Positions 45,201 to 58,871 of a DNA stretch of 64,000 bases are shown piece after piece; position 1 is the stretch's first letter, and every line of letters starts with the position of its first letter. The stretch spans positions 1,240,001 to 1,304,000 of the forward strand of contig JBBPEB010000002.1 in NCBI GenBank assembly GCA_039096225.1, written 5' to 3'. Origin of the DNA: Blastocystis sp. Blastoise (lineage: Eukaryota; Protista; Bigyra: Opalinata). Under the pieces are notes generated by a model. That model worked only from the letters and a program-made list of their open reading frames with translations. It did no database searches and was not told where the DNA came from. Position numbers and translations under genes: made by a program.

Positions 45201-47703
45201 AAGGAAATAAATTATCTATGTTAGAAGCATATTTCAAAGCAAATGATGATTTAAATAATCATTTATATGTTCCTACTTTAGAAGAACCAGAGTTTATGAC
45301 ATATGATATGTTTCCTCAATATTATACATGGTGTAAAGGAGAACATATATGGAAACCAAGACAAAAGAATTCGAAGACACTTGGAAGAATACCTTATATA
45401 AATCCAACTAATAAAGAAGCATTTTGTTTAAAATTATTATTAACTCATGTAAATAGACCAACAAGTTTTGAATCATTAAGAATGTATGATGGAGAATTAC
45501 CTTATCCAACTTATGAAGGAGTATGTATAGCAAGAGGATTATTAGATGATACTAATGAATATAGACATATATTAGATGAAGTAATGCATGATTGTCATCC
45601 TTCTCAATTACGATTAGTATTTGCTTTATTATTTGTATATTATAATATTACTGATAAAGCAATGGATTTATGGAATGAATTTAAATATGAAATGATTTCT
45701 GATATATATTATCAATATACAATAGATCATTTTACTATAAATGAACGTATTAATCATTCTCTTTCAACTGATCCTGATATTATTGATCAAGATCCTATTG
45801 TAATCAATTATTGTTATCCAAGAGCTTTATATAATATCAAAACATTAATAGAATCAAATGGAGGTAAATATACTAATATGCCTACTATTCAATATACTTC
45901 ACATTTTAATCCTAATAGTGGTGTTTCTACATTAGAATTTTATGATTTTGATGTTGCACATAGAGAAGCAGAAAGAAATTATCAAATGTTAAATAGAGAA
46001 CAAAAAGAAATATTTGATAGAATTATGGTATCTGTTAATAATACTCAACCTCATAATAATAATATGTTCTTTATTGATGGTCCTGGTGGAACTGGAAAAA
46101 CATTCTTATATAATACTTTGATCAAGATGATTCGTACAAGAGAAAAACCTGTATTAGCTGTTGCATTCACAGGAATAGCAGCTACTTTATTATCAGGAGG
46201 AAGTACTTCTCATTCTGTATTTGGATTACCACTTGATCTAAATGAAATGTCTATTTCACATATAACAAGAAGTAGTGCAAAAGCAAATGATTTAAGAAAA
46301 TGTGCTATTATTATTTGGGATGAAGCACCTATGGCTTCTATTTATGCTTTAGAAGTTCTTGATAATTTATTACATGATTTATTTAGTTCAATAGATTCTG
46401 AAGATCCATGTCTTCAATATCCTTTTGTTGGTAAAACTATTGTTTTAGGTGGAGATTTTAGACAATGTTTACCAGTAGTTAAAAATGGAAATGAATCATC
46501 TACTGTTGGTGTATGTTTGAAAAGATTTAAATATTGGAATAATTTTATACAATGTCATTTAGTTCAGAATATGAGAGCAGATAGAGATGCTTTAGATTTT
46601 AAAGAATGGTTAATGAAAGTAGGAAATGGTGAACGATTAAATAATGAATCTGATTTGAATGATAATATTGTAGAAATACCTTCACAATGTATAAGTACAG
46701 AAAATTTATATAAAGAGATATGGGAGAATATACTTCATAATAGAAATATTTTATCAGAACAACATAGAAAAGATTTATCTGAGAATTGTATTTTATGTTG
46801 TACGAATGAAGATACTTTTGATATAAATGAGAAAGTATTAGATTTAATACCTTCTTCAGAATCAGAAAAAATATATTATAGTTTTGATACTTTAGAAGAT
46901 GAAATAGTTAATGATTCTGAAAGAGCTGCTTATTCTCCTGAATTTCTTAATACTCTTCTTCCTCAAGGATTTCCTCCTCATAAATTAAGATTAAGAAAAG
47001 GCTGTATTATTATGTTATTGAGAAATCTTAATATAAAGAAGGGTTTATGTAATGGAACAAGATTAGTTGTTCTTGAAACATTAAATAATGTTATTCGTGC
47101 TCAATTATTAAATAAGCCAGATAATTTATTACCTGGTGAAGATATTGTATTTATTCCAAGAATCAGTTTAATTACTTCAGATGATTCACTTCCTACTAAG
47201 ATGAGAAGAAAACAATTTCCTGTTCGATTAGCTTTTGCTATGACTATTAATAAATCACAAGGTCAAACATTTAAAAATGTTGGATTATATTTAAAGAGAC
47301 CTGTATTTAGTCATGGTCAATTATATGTTGCTTTTAGTAGAGTTCGTTCTTTTAATGGTTTACATATTTATGCTGAAAATTGTAATAACAATAATCAAGG
47401 ACATCTTAGTAAAGACTATCCTAATAAGGTATTTACGACTAATTGCATTTTTGATGGAGTTTTAAATTAGTTATTGTTTTATTTGTTTTATTTGTTTTTT
47501 GATTTCTTTTATATTTGTTATTGTCTGTTAATATATTTGTTTTTATTTATTATTTTTCTCTTTTCAATTTTTATTTGTTGTCTTAAAAGTTAAATATAGA
47601 ATATTCTATTGTTTTGTTAAAACTTAAAAACCAAAAACTAAAAATAGATATTTTAAAATAAAACTCAAGCGTAGGCCTGCGTAGGCAGGCCGTGAAACGC
47701 TTG
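34266..47703 (+). mobile_element. Helitron B, apparently autonomous (13.4 kb)
   Basis: Starts A|TCCTTAATTTAG, ends hairpin GGCCTGC-GTAG-GCAGGCC ... CTTG|T. Encodes an uninterrupted RepHel. Confidence 0.93.
37285..47470 (+). CDS. Helitron Rep/Helicase, about 23 exons, about 2500 aa (core in the single last exon 42594-47470)
   Basis: Zn motif CSCC..HF..CC..GKV; Rep motifs FITFTCNPKW, VEFQKRGLPHAHIL (HUH), YLYKY; PIF1-type helicase GPGGTGKT, DEAPM, GDFRQ, TINKSQGQT, HGQLYVAFSR. The core is certain; the upstream exons are a hand-built in-frame model. Confidence 0.9.
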
Positions 47704-47946
47704 TTAAATATAAATAATATCGCTTAACCAAATATATGGTGCACAACTACATGTTATATCCTATTGAACTGTGTTTCAACGAAAAGTTAACTCCCCGTAA
47801 GTTTAGAGGAGTTGTGGGTACAAACTCTAGTATATAGTAGCCAATCAAATGAATTTTCCAAAAACTGACCAATGGGAATTTTTTTGCCTATTCTCATATA
47901 TATAGTAATGATAGTATACAGCCACCTGAATATGAGCCAAAAGGTA

Positions 47947-48086
<140 letters not shown>

Positions 48087-48088
48087 CT

Positions 48089-48285
<197 letters not shown>

Positions 48286-49972
48286 GAATTAAACATAGAA
48301 AATAACGGAAGTATTCTATTTTCTGATATTGACTGTAGCCAAACTATATTAAGTAATTGCGATGATGAATTATACTTCTTTGGCTGTTCTTCACATATTT
48401 GCGAACTCTTATTAGGTGACTTCTTTGAATCTATAGACTCTCCTAGAAACTATTTATCACCAAAAGATGTCATTGCTGCTGTAAATAATATAGCTTTCTT
48501 CTTTAAATATCATACGTCTGAAAGGCTTGAGCTGGCAATAGAAAGTTATCATGATTATCGTAATAATACTCCAAAACTATCGTGTCCTACAAGATGGTGG
48601 TCAGAATATTCGTCATTAAAATGGTTGTTAGATCATAAAGAGAAGCTTCAACAATATGCATATCAACATGCAAATGAAAAAAATAATGATATTGTTTCTA
48701 ATCTAAACAATAATAAATTTTGGGTTTCGTGTATGTCTATCTTGGATATTCTAGATATTTTGAAAACGGCTGTTCAAGAACTTGAATCTAATAATGCTTC
48801 TGTATCAGATGTATACTATTATTATAAACAATTTTTAAGAATAAGTAATAATTCGCCTTATCAAAATCTGTTTAATAGCTGTTTAAAGAAACGAGAATAT
48901 TTTTTTCTTCATCCTCTATATTTATTGGCTTATTATCTTAATATTAAGAATAAAAACGAAGTTGAAAATAATGATCATGATATGGAAATTATCGTAAAGT
49001 ATTTACAAGAAGCTGACAACAAAAATTTATTTCCCGTATTTCTTAATTATATTCATAATGCTGAGATTTTTACAGAGATTACTGTTTTAAATAGTCTTAA
49101 CATGGGAAATAATAAAACTTACTGGCAAACAGTGAATTTATATGAAAAAAATCTGTCCTCTCTTGCATTACTTCTTGATGATGCTCCTCCGTCCAGTGGC
49201 TTTTCTGAAAGGGTTTGGTCACAGATGAAAATAGTTCAGAATAAGTTAAGAAATCGTTTATCTTTTTATAGAATCGCGAGAATCCTATTTATTAGATGTA
49301 ATCTACCATATATAAATTCATATGAGTCTACATTCTTTGATTCTGATGATATTGACATAGAAGAACTTATTAATCGCCAGGATCTAAAATCGAAATAAAA
49401 TATTGATGATTATTACACATGATCATTCTTATTTTTCTTCTTATTATAAAACTTTGTTAACTCTATACTGTAATACATATCTCTTAAACCATTATTAGCT
49501 TATCAATATTAATTTATTTCCTATTTAATATCTTTTTGAATATAATTAGTTTGTACTTTTGTTTATGCAATAATAATCACTATTCACTTTAACTCTAGAT
49601 TAAAAACAACATTACTCTTGATGAAATTATTACTTTTTGTTTAAAAAAAATATAAATATTTTTTCCTTGTAATACCAAGAAATTATTTTTTTTTACAGAA
49701 AAAATAGGAAATTACATCATCTCTATTCATTTCACAATAAATAAGCATGGTTATCTTATGACTTTTCACTTATTTTTCATATTTTTCGTTTTTCATTGGC
49801 ATTTTTCTCGTTTTTCTCCTTCTTTGTGTTCATATCATTTCAATATTGATTTCTTTATAATAGAATCATTAAGATTCTTCAGAATCTTTTTTAAATTGAT
49901 TTATTATTCTGACTAAATTATATTCTTCAGTATCTCTTTCTTATTTTTGTTCTTATAATTTTTTTTTTTCAA

Positions 49973-51922
49973 ATGTCCACTCCTAATAATGGTTCGTATA
50001 ACTACAGTTCTGGTATGATTCCTCTACCTCAAGATGATAACGCTATTAATCCATATGACGATATGAATAAATCTACCATCCAACCACCTCCAGGCGTTAT
50101 TCCTATTCCTACAGTATCTGCTGCTCCTTCAGTCCCTTTATATAACAATCCAATGAATTCAAATTATGGAGCTCCTTATGCTGCTCCAAGTCAACCTTCA
50201 AGTCCATATGTATCAAATGAACAGAATCCTCTGACTTCATCATCAACTCCTATTTCTCAACAATATCCATCTTATAATCCTCCTATTCCTACAGCTCCTA
50301 TTCCTGTAGCTCCTGTTCAAACGATGAACAATTCTGCTGCTGAAAATGTTTATCAACCTCCTTCAAATATTTTCCCTTCAACTAATATTCCTGTTGCTCA
50401 ACCTGGATATTATCCCAATAATCCACAAGTCATTCCTAATGTGCAACCCTCACCTGTAGCTCCAACTGTGTCTCCTATTCAAAACAATCCTTCTGCTGCT
50501 ATTCCAATGGTTATTCCTTCAAACCAACCATCTTATAGTAATCCTGTGAATCAATATCCTTGTGATAATAGTATTCCACAAGCTAGTATTTATTTATTTA
50601 TTTATTATTTATAGTAAAATATTGATATTTTAATGGTATTCATATTTATTTATTATATTATTCAAAGAATTATTTAAATTATTTTCTATGTTTATATAAC
50701 TATTACTATATATAGTTTATGTGAATCTTGGTAAGCCTTCTGATTATCCAATTACTCACGAACAAATCAGAAACGCATTATGCGATTTTGTTTCTAAGAA
50801 GTTTATGTGGAGTAAAAGTACAGCTAAAAACTGTATTCTTCAAAATGTATATATAAGATATTATTATTATTATGTTTATTATTATTATTATTATTATTAT
50901 TATTGTTTATTGTGAATCTATATATACTATTATTGATTATCACTACTATCTATATCTATATATATAGATAGATACAACTATATCCTATAGGATTCACTTT
51001 GAGACCTTTTTAGACTCACGAAGTGTGAAATGGGAATATGAACCCTGCTCTCATACTGTATATATATAATAATAATAATACTATAATAATAATACTATAA
51101 TAATACTAATAATAAGAATAAGAATAATATATATATAAATATATACTATCTTATTAACTATCTATATTCCCGTGATTATTCTAGGTTGATGGTCCAGAGA
51201 ATGGTGTTCCTCAACCTCCCTTCGATATTAATGTTATTGTTCCTACCATGTTTAATGATACTACCGTTAAACATCATATTGAACATACTGATTTCTCACG
51301 TGATTGTCTTACTTGTAAATGTATGCTATATATATATATATATTTATTTATTATACTATAGTTATTCTATATTTATCTTTATAATTATGATTCTATAGGT
51401 AAAGGCTCTGTCACGTGCTCTATTTGTGACGGAAAGGGGTTTATGCCTTGTACGATTTGTAACAGTACAGGGAGGGATGATGAGGGACGTAAATGTACGA
51501 TTTGCAAGGGATCCGGTCGTAAAGGATGTCTCACGTGCAGCTCACGTGGTAGCGTTAAATGTAGTAAGTGTGAAGGTAAACGCATGCTCATTGTCTATGC
51601 TGAAGTATGTCTATATATATATTATTATTATTAGATTATATTTATATATTTTTATTCATATATTTTATTCATATCAATAGTATTGACATATATATATATA
51701 TATAGTTAACAACTCGTTTTCATACAGATAATGCTTATAATTATATTGATAAAACAGGTATACCTCAGGAACAACTCAAAGAAGGAAGTGGAGATATTGT
51801 CTATGAGGATTGTGGTTATATGATTAATCCTCCATTATTAAATGCCCCTGAAATAGATACTATTATACATACACTTAAAACTAATTCTGATGATTTATAT
51901 ATATATATATATATATTATATA

Positions 51923-51972
<50 letters not shown>

Positions 51973-52153
51973 GTTAATTAATCATGAACCGTGTAGAATA
52001 ATACAACAACGTATTACGGTGACGCGTCTTCCTGTCACGTGCGTTACAGCTTCAATTAAAGATCAAACATTTATGTTTTGGGTTTATGGAAAGAATAATA
52101 AATGTTTTTGTTCCGATTACGTTAAGAAATTTGGAAATTGTTCTATTTTTTAA
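49973..52153 (+). CDS. SSUH2: SSUH2-like protein (Pro-rich N-terminus, DnaJ-type CxxCxGxG repeats, C-terminal CaaX-like CSIF)
   Basis: IRNALCDFV, FETFLDSR, VDGPENG..PPFDI, CxxCxGxG repeats, QQRITV..PVT, FWVYG..DY..CSIF*. Confidence 0.8.
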
Positions 52154-52669
52154 CTCTATATCTATAACTATATATATACATATATTTAGTATATATGTTT
52201 ATAATATATATATACATATCTTTTATTTATATATTTATTTCATTCCTCTTTCTCTATGTATTTATTCTATATTTATTTTATCATTATTTATATATATATA
52301 TATCTTCATTATTATTAGTGATATATCTATATATTTCAGAATTCGTGTTTCTATAAAATACTATATGAATTAGTTTATATCTATGAAATTGTTTCGTTTA
52401 TTTGTCTAATAAACTTATAATACAATATTGTATTATATCAATGCGTTTTCATTACTGTAAATAGAAAAAATAAATATATGTATTATATTTTTATTAAAAT
52501 AAAAAAACTGTGTATATAAAATGATTTCTTATATATATAAAGTTTATGATTCAATTTATCATGCTTTTAATTATCATTTAAAAACAAAATAAAACTGAGA
52601 AAAAAAATCATTGTAATTTTAATCTAAAATATAAAATATAAATTAACTATTATTATATATATATATAAT

Positions 52670-53032
52670 TTATATTTGTTTGAAATGAATTGAATCTAAT
52701 ACATCTCCAGCAAGATATAAAGATCCAGTAACATAGATTTCCACGGGAATATCATGATTTATAGAGGGAATAGAACTAGTATAAGTATTTAAATAAGGGA
52801 GAACATCTTGGACCGTTTTACTTAATATATATTTTTGTGTATTTTTAGTTTGCATAGAAGTAAATAATTTAAATAAATATAATTGATGAGTATATTCATT
52901 TATAATATCTGTACTATTATTAATCTCATTGGCTGAACCATTTTTCATAATAACGACAGAAGGAGATTCGATTGGTTGAACCAAATTATGAGCTTTTAAT
53001 TGTTCATCAATAGATAATAAATGAACAGGACT

Positions 53033-53063
<31 letters not shown>

Positions 53064-54976
53064 TATAATGAATAATAAATAATATAAAATAAATAATAAA
53101 AATATATTATATAATAATAAATAAATAAATAATGATAATAACTAATGAGTATTTCATACCTATATTCCACTTTAGCAAATGTAACTGATGTAAATATAAT
53201 GATATCAAATGATAAATTAACTAACGGTGAAAGAAGATGAAAAATATCTTTGTCTCTACCACAATAAAATATTAAAACCTATAATACATAAATATATATA
53301 TAATGATTCATATAGAATATAACATATTATATATATACTTTAATAGAGGGTATATCTTTATGTTTCTGAAAGCATTGATTAAACCATTCAGCAGTTTTCA
53401 GCATACTTTTAATTGTATGTGCGCCATCAATATAGAATCGACGGTTATTCGCGGGATCCTCGATCGTTTGTCCACGAGCTGCCAAAGGTACTGTTTGAAT
53501 AGTTTTATAGCATATCTATATATAATTGTATTGATTATAAATATAAAATATATAAGTTATGGATTATTAATAAAAGCATTATTATTATATTATATATACA
53601 TTATTATCAATAGAGATATTAAAATAGTTCAAAGTTTCTTTCGAAAGAGAATAAGCAAGTGACATATTTTCAAATAAATAGGAGGGAATATTTAAATGTT
53701 GGCGGGCTTCATTATAAAATGGTAATTCAGAAGTAGATATAAAAGATAAAGAGCAATCTATATATATATATTTATATAGTATTGAGTACATATATATTGA
53801 GATAATTACAAATAATAGCAATTAGTTAAGTCATTATATATATAGAAATATAAATATATTAAAAAATAATAAAAATATATAAAAGAAATTAAAAATAAAT
53901 TATATATACTTATAGTTTTTGCACAATCATTTAATACGGTTACTGCATTAGGTTCTTGAATAACAGAATACGCGGGAACATGAGGTTTAAAAATACCCGC
54001 TTTTTCATAAGCTATTTCTTGAATAGTATTTCCAAGAATATTTGTATGTTCTAAGTCTAAAAGTGTAATTCCCGTGACTATAGGTGTATTAATAATATTA
54101 GTAGCATCTAAACGACCACCCAAACCAACTTCTAATATAACAACATCTATATCTTGAGACTTAAATATACTATATATAAGATATACTATATATAAGATAT
54201 TAAAAATATAGGGTATAGTATATAATGTGATAATATATGATATAAAGTATCCTATTATTATTATTATTATTTTTAGAATATATTTTATAAAATAAACTAT
54301 ATATATATACCTAAAGCACATAATTGTAAGAAATCGAAAGAATCCAGGCCAGTTTGGAACCCATTCAGGCTTATTCTATACATATAATTTTATTTAAAAA
54401 TAAATAAAAAATAAATTAAAAAAAAATAGCAATATAAGTCAAAGAGTACATAAAATTATCTTTAAAATAATCATATATCAAATGTATACTGAACAATTCA
54501 AGAATATAAAAAAATACAGGGTTTTTTCGAATTTCCATCATTTTATTCCAGATAGGATAGAAATGTTCTACGAAGAGTTCTTCACTGATCATCTTACCAT
54601 TAATTCGGAAACGTTCACATATATTCTGAAGGTGAGGAGATGTATACAATCCTATTAGAAGAAAAATATATATTTTTCTTGTATTCTAAAATACCTGTTT
54701 TAAGTCCATGAGCTCTTAGAATTGATTCTGTGTAAGCAGAAGTTGTTCCTTTACCTTTAGAACCAGCAATGTGGACAAAGTGCATATTGGATATATCTAA
54801 TTTTAATTCATCTAAGTAATACTGCATCACCTTGTTAACATCCGCACGAGATAAAGTCGCATTAGCTACCTCAGAGTATTCATTTCTTAACAGTTCGTTC
54901 GCTTTTTCAAATTCACTTCTATATATACATTTATAAATATTTTATGTATATCTTTTATGTAAATGAAATACTCCAT
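52670..54976 (-). CDS. FPGS: Folylpolyglutamate synthase, multi-exon (first coding exon only 5 nt)
   Basis: HIAGSKGKGTT, YTSPHL..ERFRING, LEVGLGGRLDATN, EKAGIFK, IDGAHT, VTGSLYLAG. Confidence 0.93.
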
Positions 54977-55318
54977 AATTCTTTATAACTTCCAAATCAG
55001 CGATTGAAAAACAAAATGGTTAAAAATGAGTAAACCATTTTTTAAAAGACACAATTATTTTCTCTATTGCTGAAATATTCTGAATGAAGCAGAAAATATT
55101 ATTTTAATAATAGAATTCGTTTCTGTTTTCAGAAGTGACGAATAGAAGTGTCTTTCTCTTTTCGTTTTATTTTGTTTTTTCAGGCAATTCTTACTGTAGC
55201 TGTTTGAATCTTCGTCTGTTTTTTATGTACGTTGCTTCTCCTCATTGAATTTCGAATTTTTAATTTAATTATTGATAAAAACTATAATTGATTTATCTAG
55301 ATTTGCAATAGTTGTTCA

Positions 55319-56293
55319 ATGTCTACAAACAATTCTATGGATGCTATGTCTAATGCTGTTGAGATGATAAAGAAAGCTCGAGCAATCGTCTTCGATATTG
55401 ATTTCACTTCTTTATCTTATGATGGCTTGGATTATTTAGCAGAGATTACAAAGAAAACTGAAGAAGTTCGTAAATGTGTAAAAGAGTTATATATAGATAA
55501 ACACATTCTTCGTGAGTGTTTGGATGAGATAATGAAGATTATGTCTCCAAATTTAAATACGATTGAACAATTTAAGAATGAAATTCCTGTTGACATGCCT
55601 CCCCACTATGAAGAATTAGTTGATTTATTAAGAAGTATGAATAAGGATATTTATCTTGTTTCTGCTGGTATAAAACAGGTATAAATAATTTTTTTTTTAT
55701 AAATTTATATCTGTTTTTATACTATTTTTATAATGTTTTTATAGTATTATAAATATTATTTGATTTTTAATAGTATTATTATATTATTATATATATAGTT
55801 ACAAGAACCATTATGTAAGAAATTACATATAACAGATGAGTATTTATTTGATAACGTTGCTGTATTTGATTCTAATGGTAATTTTACACATTTAATAGCT
55901 GAACAATTAACTATGGAAAATGATGGTAAAGCTAAAGTTATTGAAGTGTATATATATATGTTTTTTGTTTATTTGTTTTTTTGTTTTATAGAGAATATTC
56001 TTTTCTTTATATTTATATAATTCCTTATATAGATTTTGTTTATTCACTTATTCTATTGATTGTATTAAAAATATTATATATATAGTATAAAGAAGAGATA
56101 TCCTGACAATGATAATATTGTCGTTAATTTTGGTGATGGCTATATAGATAGTGAAGCTTGTCCTCCTTCCGATTGTTTTATACGTTATACTAAATATAAT
56201 AATACTTTTTTTGAAAATGATCATTCTACTATATCTATTGATGATTATTCTATAATTATTGATTTATTAAAAAATAATAATACTAATAATTAA
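55319..56293 (+). CDS. Phosphoserine phosphatase-like HAD hydrolase (3 exons)
   Basis: FDIDFT (motif I), LVSAG (II), GKAKVI (III), FGDGYID.EACPP.D.FI (IV). Confidence 0.8.
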
Positions 56294-57103
56294 TATATAC
56301 TGAAGAATTCTTCTATTTATTTATTAAAAATAATAATAATATGTAAATTGGTTTGAATGTTGTTTTATTTGTGAGAAATAAGCTAATTAAAAGTTATTTG
56401 AATTTTATCATTGTTTCATTTTTATTCTTTATATATTTTTTATTAAAATAAATAAAAAAAAAAGTAATTATAGCTAAATGTACATTTATAAATGAAAAAT
56501 TATTTTCATGAAATAATTTTTACATGTTCAGAGAGTTCAGCTTCGTTTTAGAATATTTAAAAGTGATATTTTCAAAAATAAACTAGTTATTCGTTGATTT
56601 CAATTCAAATAATGCATAATATTTTCATTACATCATTGAATTTCTATTATTATGTGTCAAAAAAAGTATACAAATATATATTAAAAACGCATAGCATTTT
56701 TTAATGCCTAATTGTATAGAAATGACATATTTGTAAATAAACAAGCATCCTTATTTTATCATACATAGTATTACTATAATGAAATCGTAGTTAAAATCAT
56801 CAAATCAATCCTATAAACACACAATAACTAAAAAGAAGAAAAGAAAATGTATGAATTTTTCCTGAAATAGATGAAGAGAAACTGAAAAATTATAAGAAAA
56901 AATTGGGTGTAAAAATGTAAATAAACTGAATTATTGCTGAGTTTATTTAACCATTCACTTCAACCGATTTCATACTAATTAAGATGTGGCGTTTTGTTTT
57001 TTAAGATAAAACAATTCAATTTTCGAATTATTTAGTTATTAGTTGTTGATAGAAAGTAAGATATTAATAATTAAGTTAAGATTCTTTGTAGATAAGGGTA
57101 AAG

Positions 57104-57653
57104 ATGTCAGAAAATGAAAAACAAATAGCTGTAGAACCTGCTTTGAATCAAGAAATGACCGATTCTGAAGCAAGTAGTGATGATATGATTATGCCAGATG
57201 ATTCAAGAATTGTAGAACCATCCCATGGAATGAAAAGTTTTAGTTGTTTGATTAATAGTACATTGCTGATTAAACTTGGGTTGAATGCTTTATCTAAAGC
57301 TCAAGATCAAATTTTACATTTTGCTAGAAGTAATAATTTGAATCTTTCCTTCCCTAATGAGTGGGGTATATATATTTATTATTGTTTTTTTTTCTAATTA
57401 TATATATTTTTTTTTCTAAAAAATATAAAATTATAGAAAATATTATTGATCCTCAAGAATATTTAAAGAATAAACCAGATTCATCAACTCCTTATAAGAT
57501 GGATACATTTGATGAAGTTATTGAAAATGGTTTAAAAACAATTAAAAATAAACATCATGTCAAAGCTCCCTTTACTGGCAATTCTAGAACTTTTATTTGT
57601 GTATTTTTTATTAATTTTTTCAAATTTATTATTTATAGGTTTATTTTTTTTAA

Positions 57654-57697
<44 letters not shown>

Positions 57698-58313
57698 GGA
57701 GACAATTCGTAGAACAAAAGATACATTAAAGAAACGTTTTACAAGTGAACAATTATTATTATTATCTAAAGATTATAAACCTTATGTTAAACCTGATTCT
57801 GAAGATTCTAGAATATATAAAGAAACAGTTGAAGAATTATATCAAACTTTCTTAACACAAGGTATTACCACATTAAATCCAAAAAGTATTAATTTAAAAC
57901 TTAAAAAGAGTATTAGTAATCAAGAAACTTATAAAAGACTGTATGTATTACTTTATTTATTTTATATTATTTTTATTATATTTATTCTATTTATTATATT
58001 TATTATATTTATTAATTTATTATATTTATTCTATGAATTATATTAAAATAATATATATATATGTATATATTTAGTAATAGTAATAAAGAGAATAAGAAGG
58101 AGGAGGAGGGAGGAGATCATTATATTGATTTTATTATGGAGTATATATATACGTTTTATACTCATATTATTATTATTATTATTATTCTATTTTTACAGGA
58201 ATATATATATTTTTTAATTTTTTAATAATATTTTTATTTTATATAAATAATAATATACATATTTATATTCCTCCTCCTCCTTCTCTGTTTCTCAATATAT
58301 ATATATATAATTA

Positions 58314-58350
<37 letters not shown>

Positions 58351-58871
58351 AGGATACAAAATCTGTAGATGGAAAACCTCAAGTATATATATATATTGAT
58401 TATTATTATTTTTATTATATATATAGAATTCTGAAGAAAGTAAAATGTCGTTAAATGATTCTACGTTATCAACAGAAATTAAAACTGAACAAAACATATC
58501 TATGACTTCTACACCATCTCTAAATCAATCACATTCTAATAATACTACTCTTGGTATATATATATATATAATCATTTTTTTATTATTCTAAATTTTTATT
58601 TATGTCTTTTATATTATTATAAAACTATATACTACTAATTCATATTCCTTTTTAAAATATAATGTTTATTATTTCTATTGATTATATATATATATAAATA
58701 GTTCATTCTACATCAAATGAAACAAATAATAATAATATTCAAACACGTGGTATTCCAGTTTCAAATATAAATATATCCAATCAACAACATAAACCTGCGT
58801 CACCCGTACGAGATCCCTCTGTTCTAGAAGATTCTATGAACCACATGGGAGAAACATCAAGTAGTGTTTAA
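57104..58871 (+). CDS. Hypothetical protein, multi-exon
   Basis: Consecutive GT-AG exons from ATG 57104 to TAA 58869-58871. No family recognised. Confidence 0.6.

Larger units (their letters stand above)
31765..47911 (-). mobile_element. Helitron C, non-autonomous (2709 bp of its own sequence: 31765-34265 and 47704-47911)
   Basis: Minus strand begins A|TCATTACTATATAT and ends with a long GC hairpin (31775-31812) then CTAG|T. Exact removal restores the hAT codon AA|T. Confidence 0.9.

Noticed and set aside
31765-47703. A single novel element with two outward-facing Helitron 3' ends
   Set aside because: Explained by nesting: separate 5' TC ends exist at 34266 (+) and 47911 (-), and stepwise removal restores the targets.
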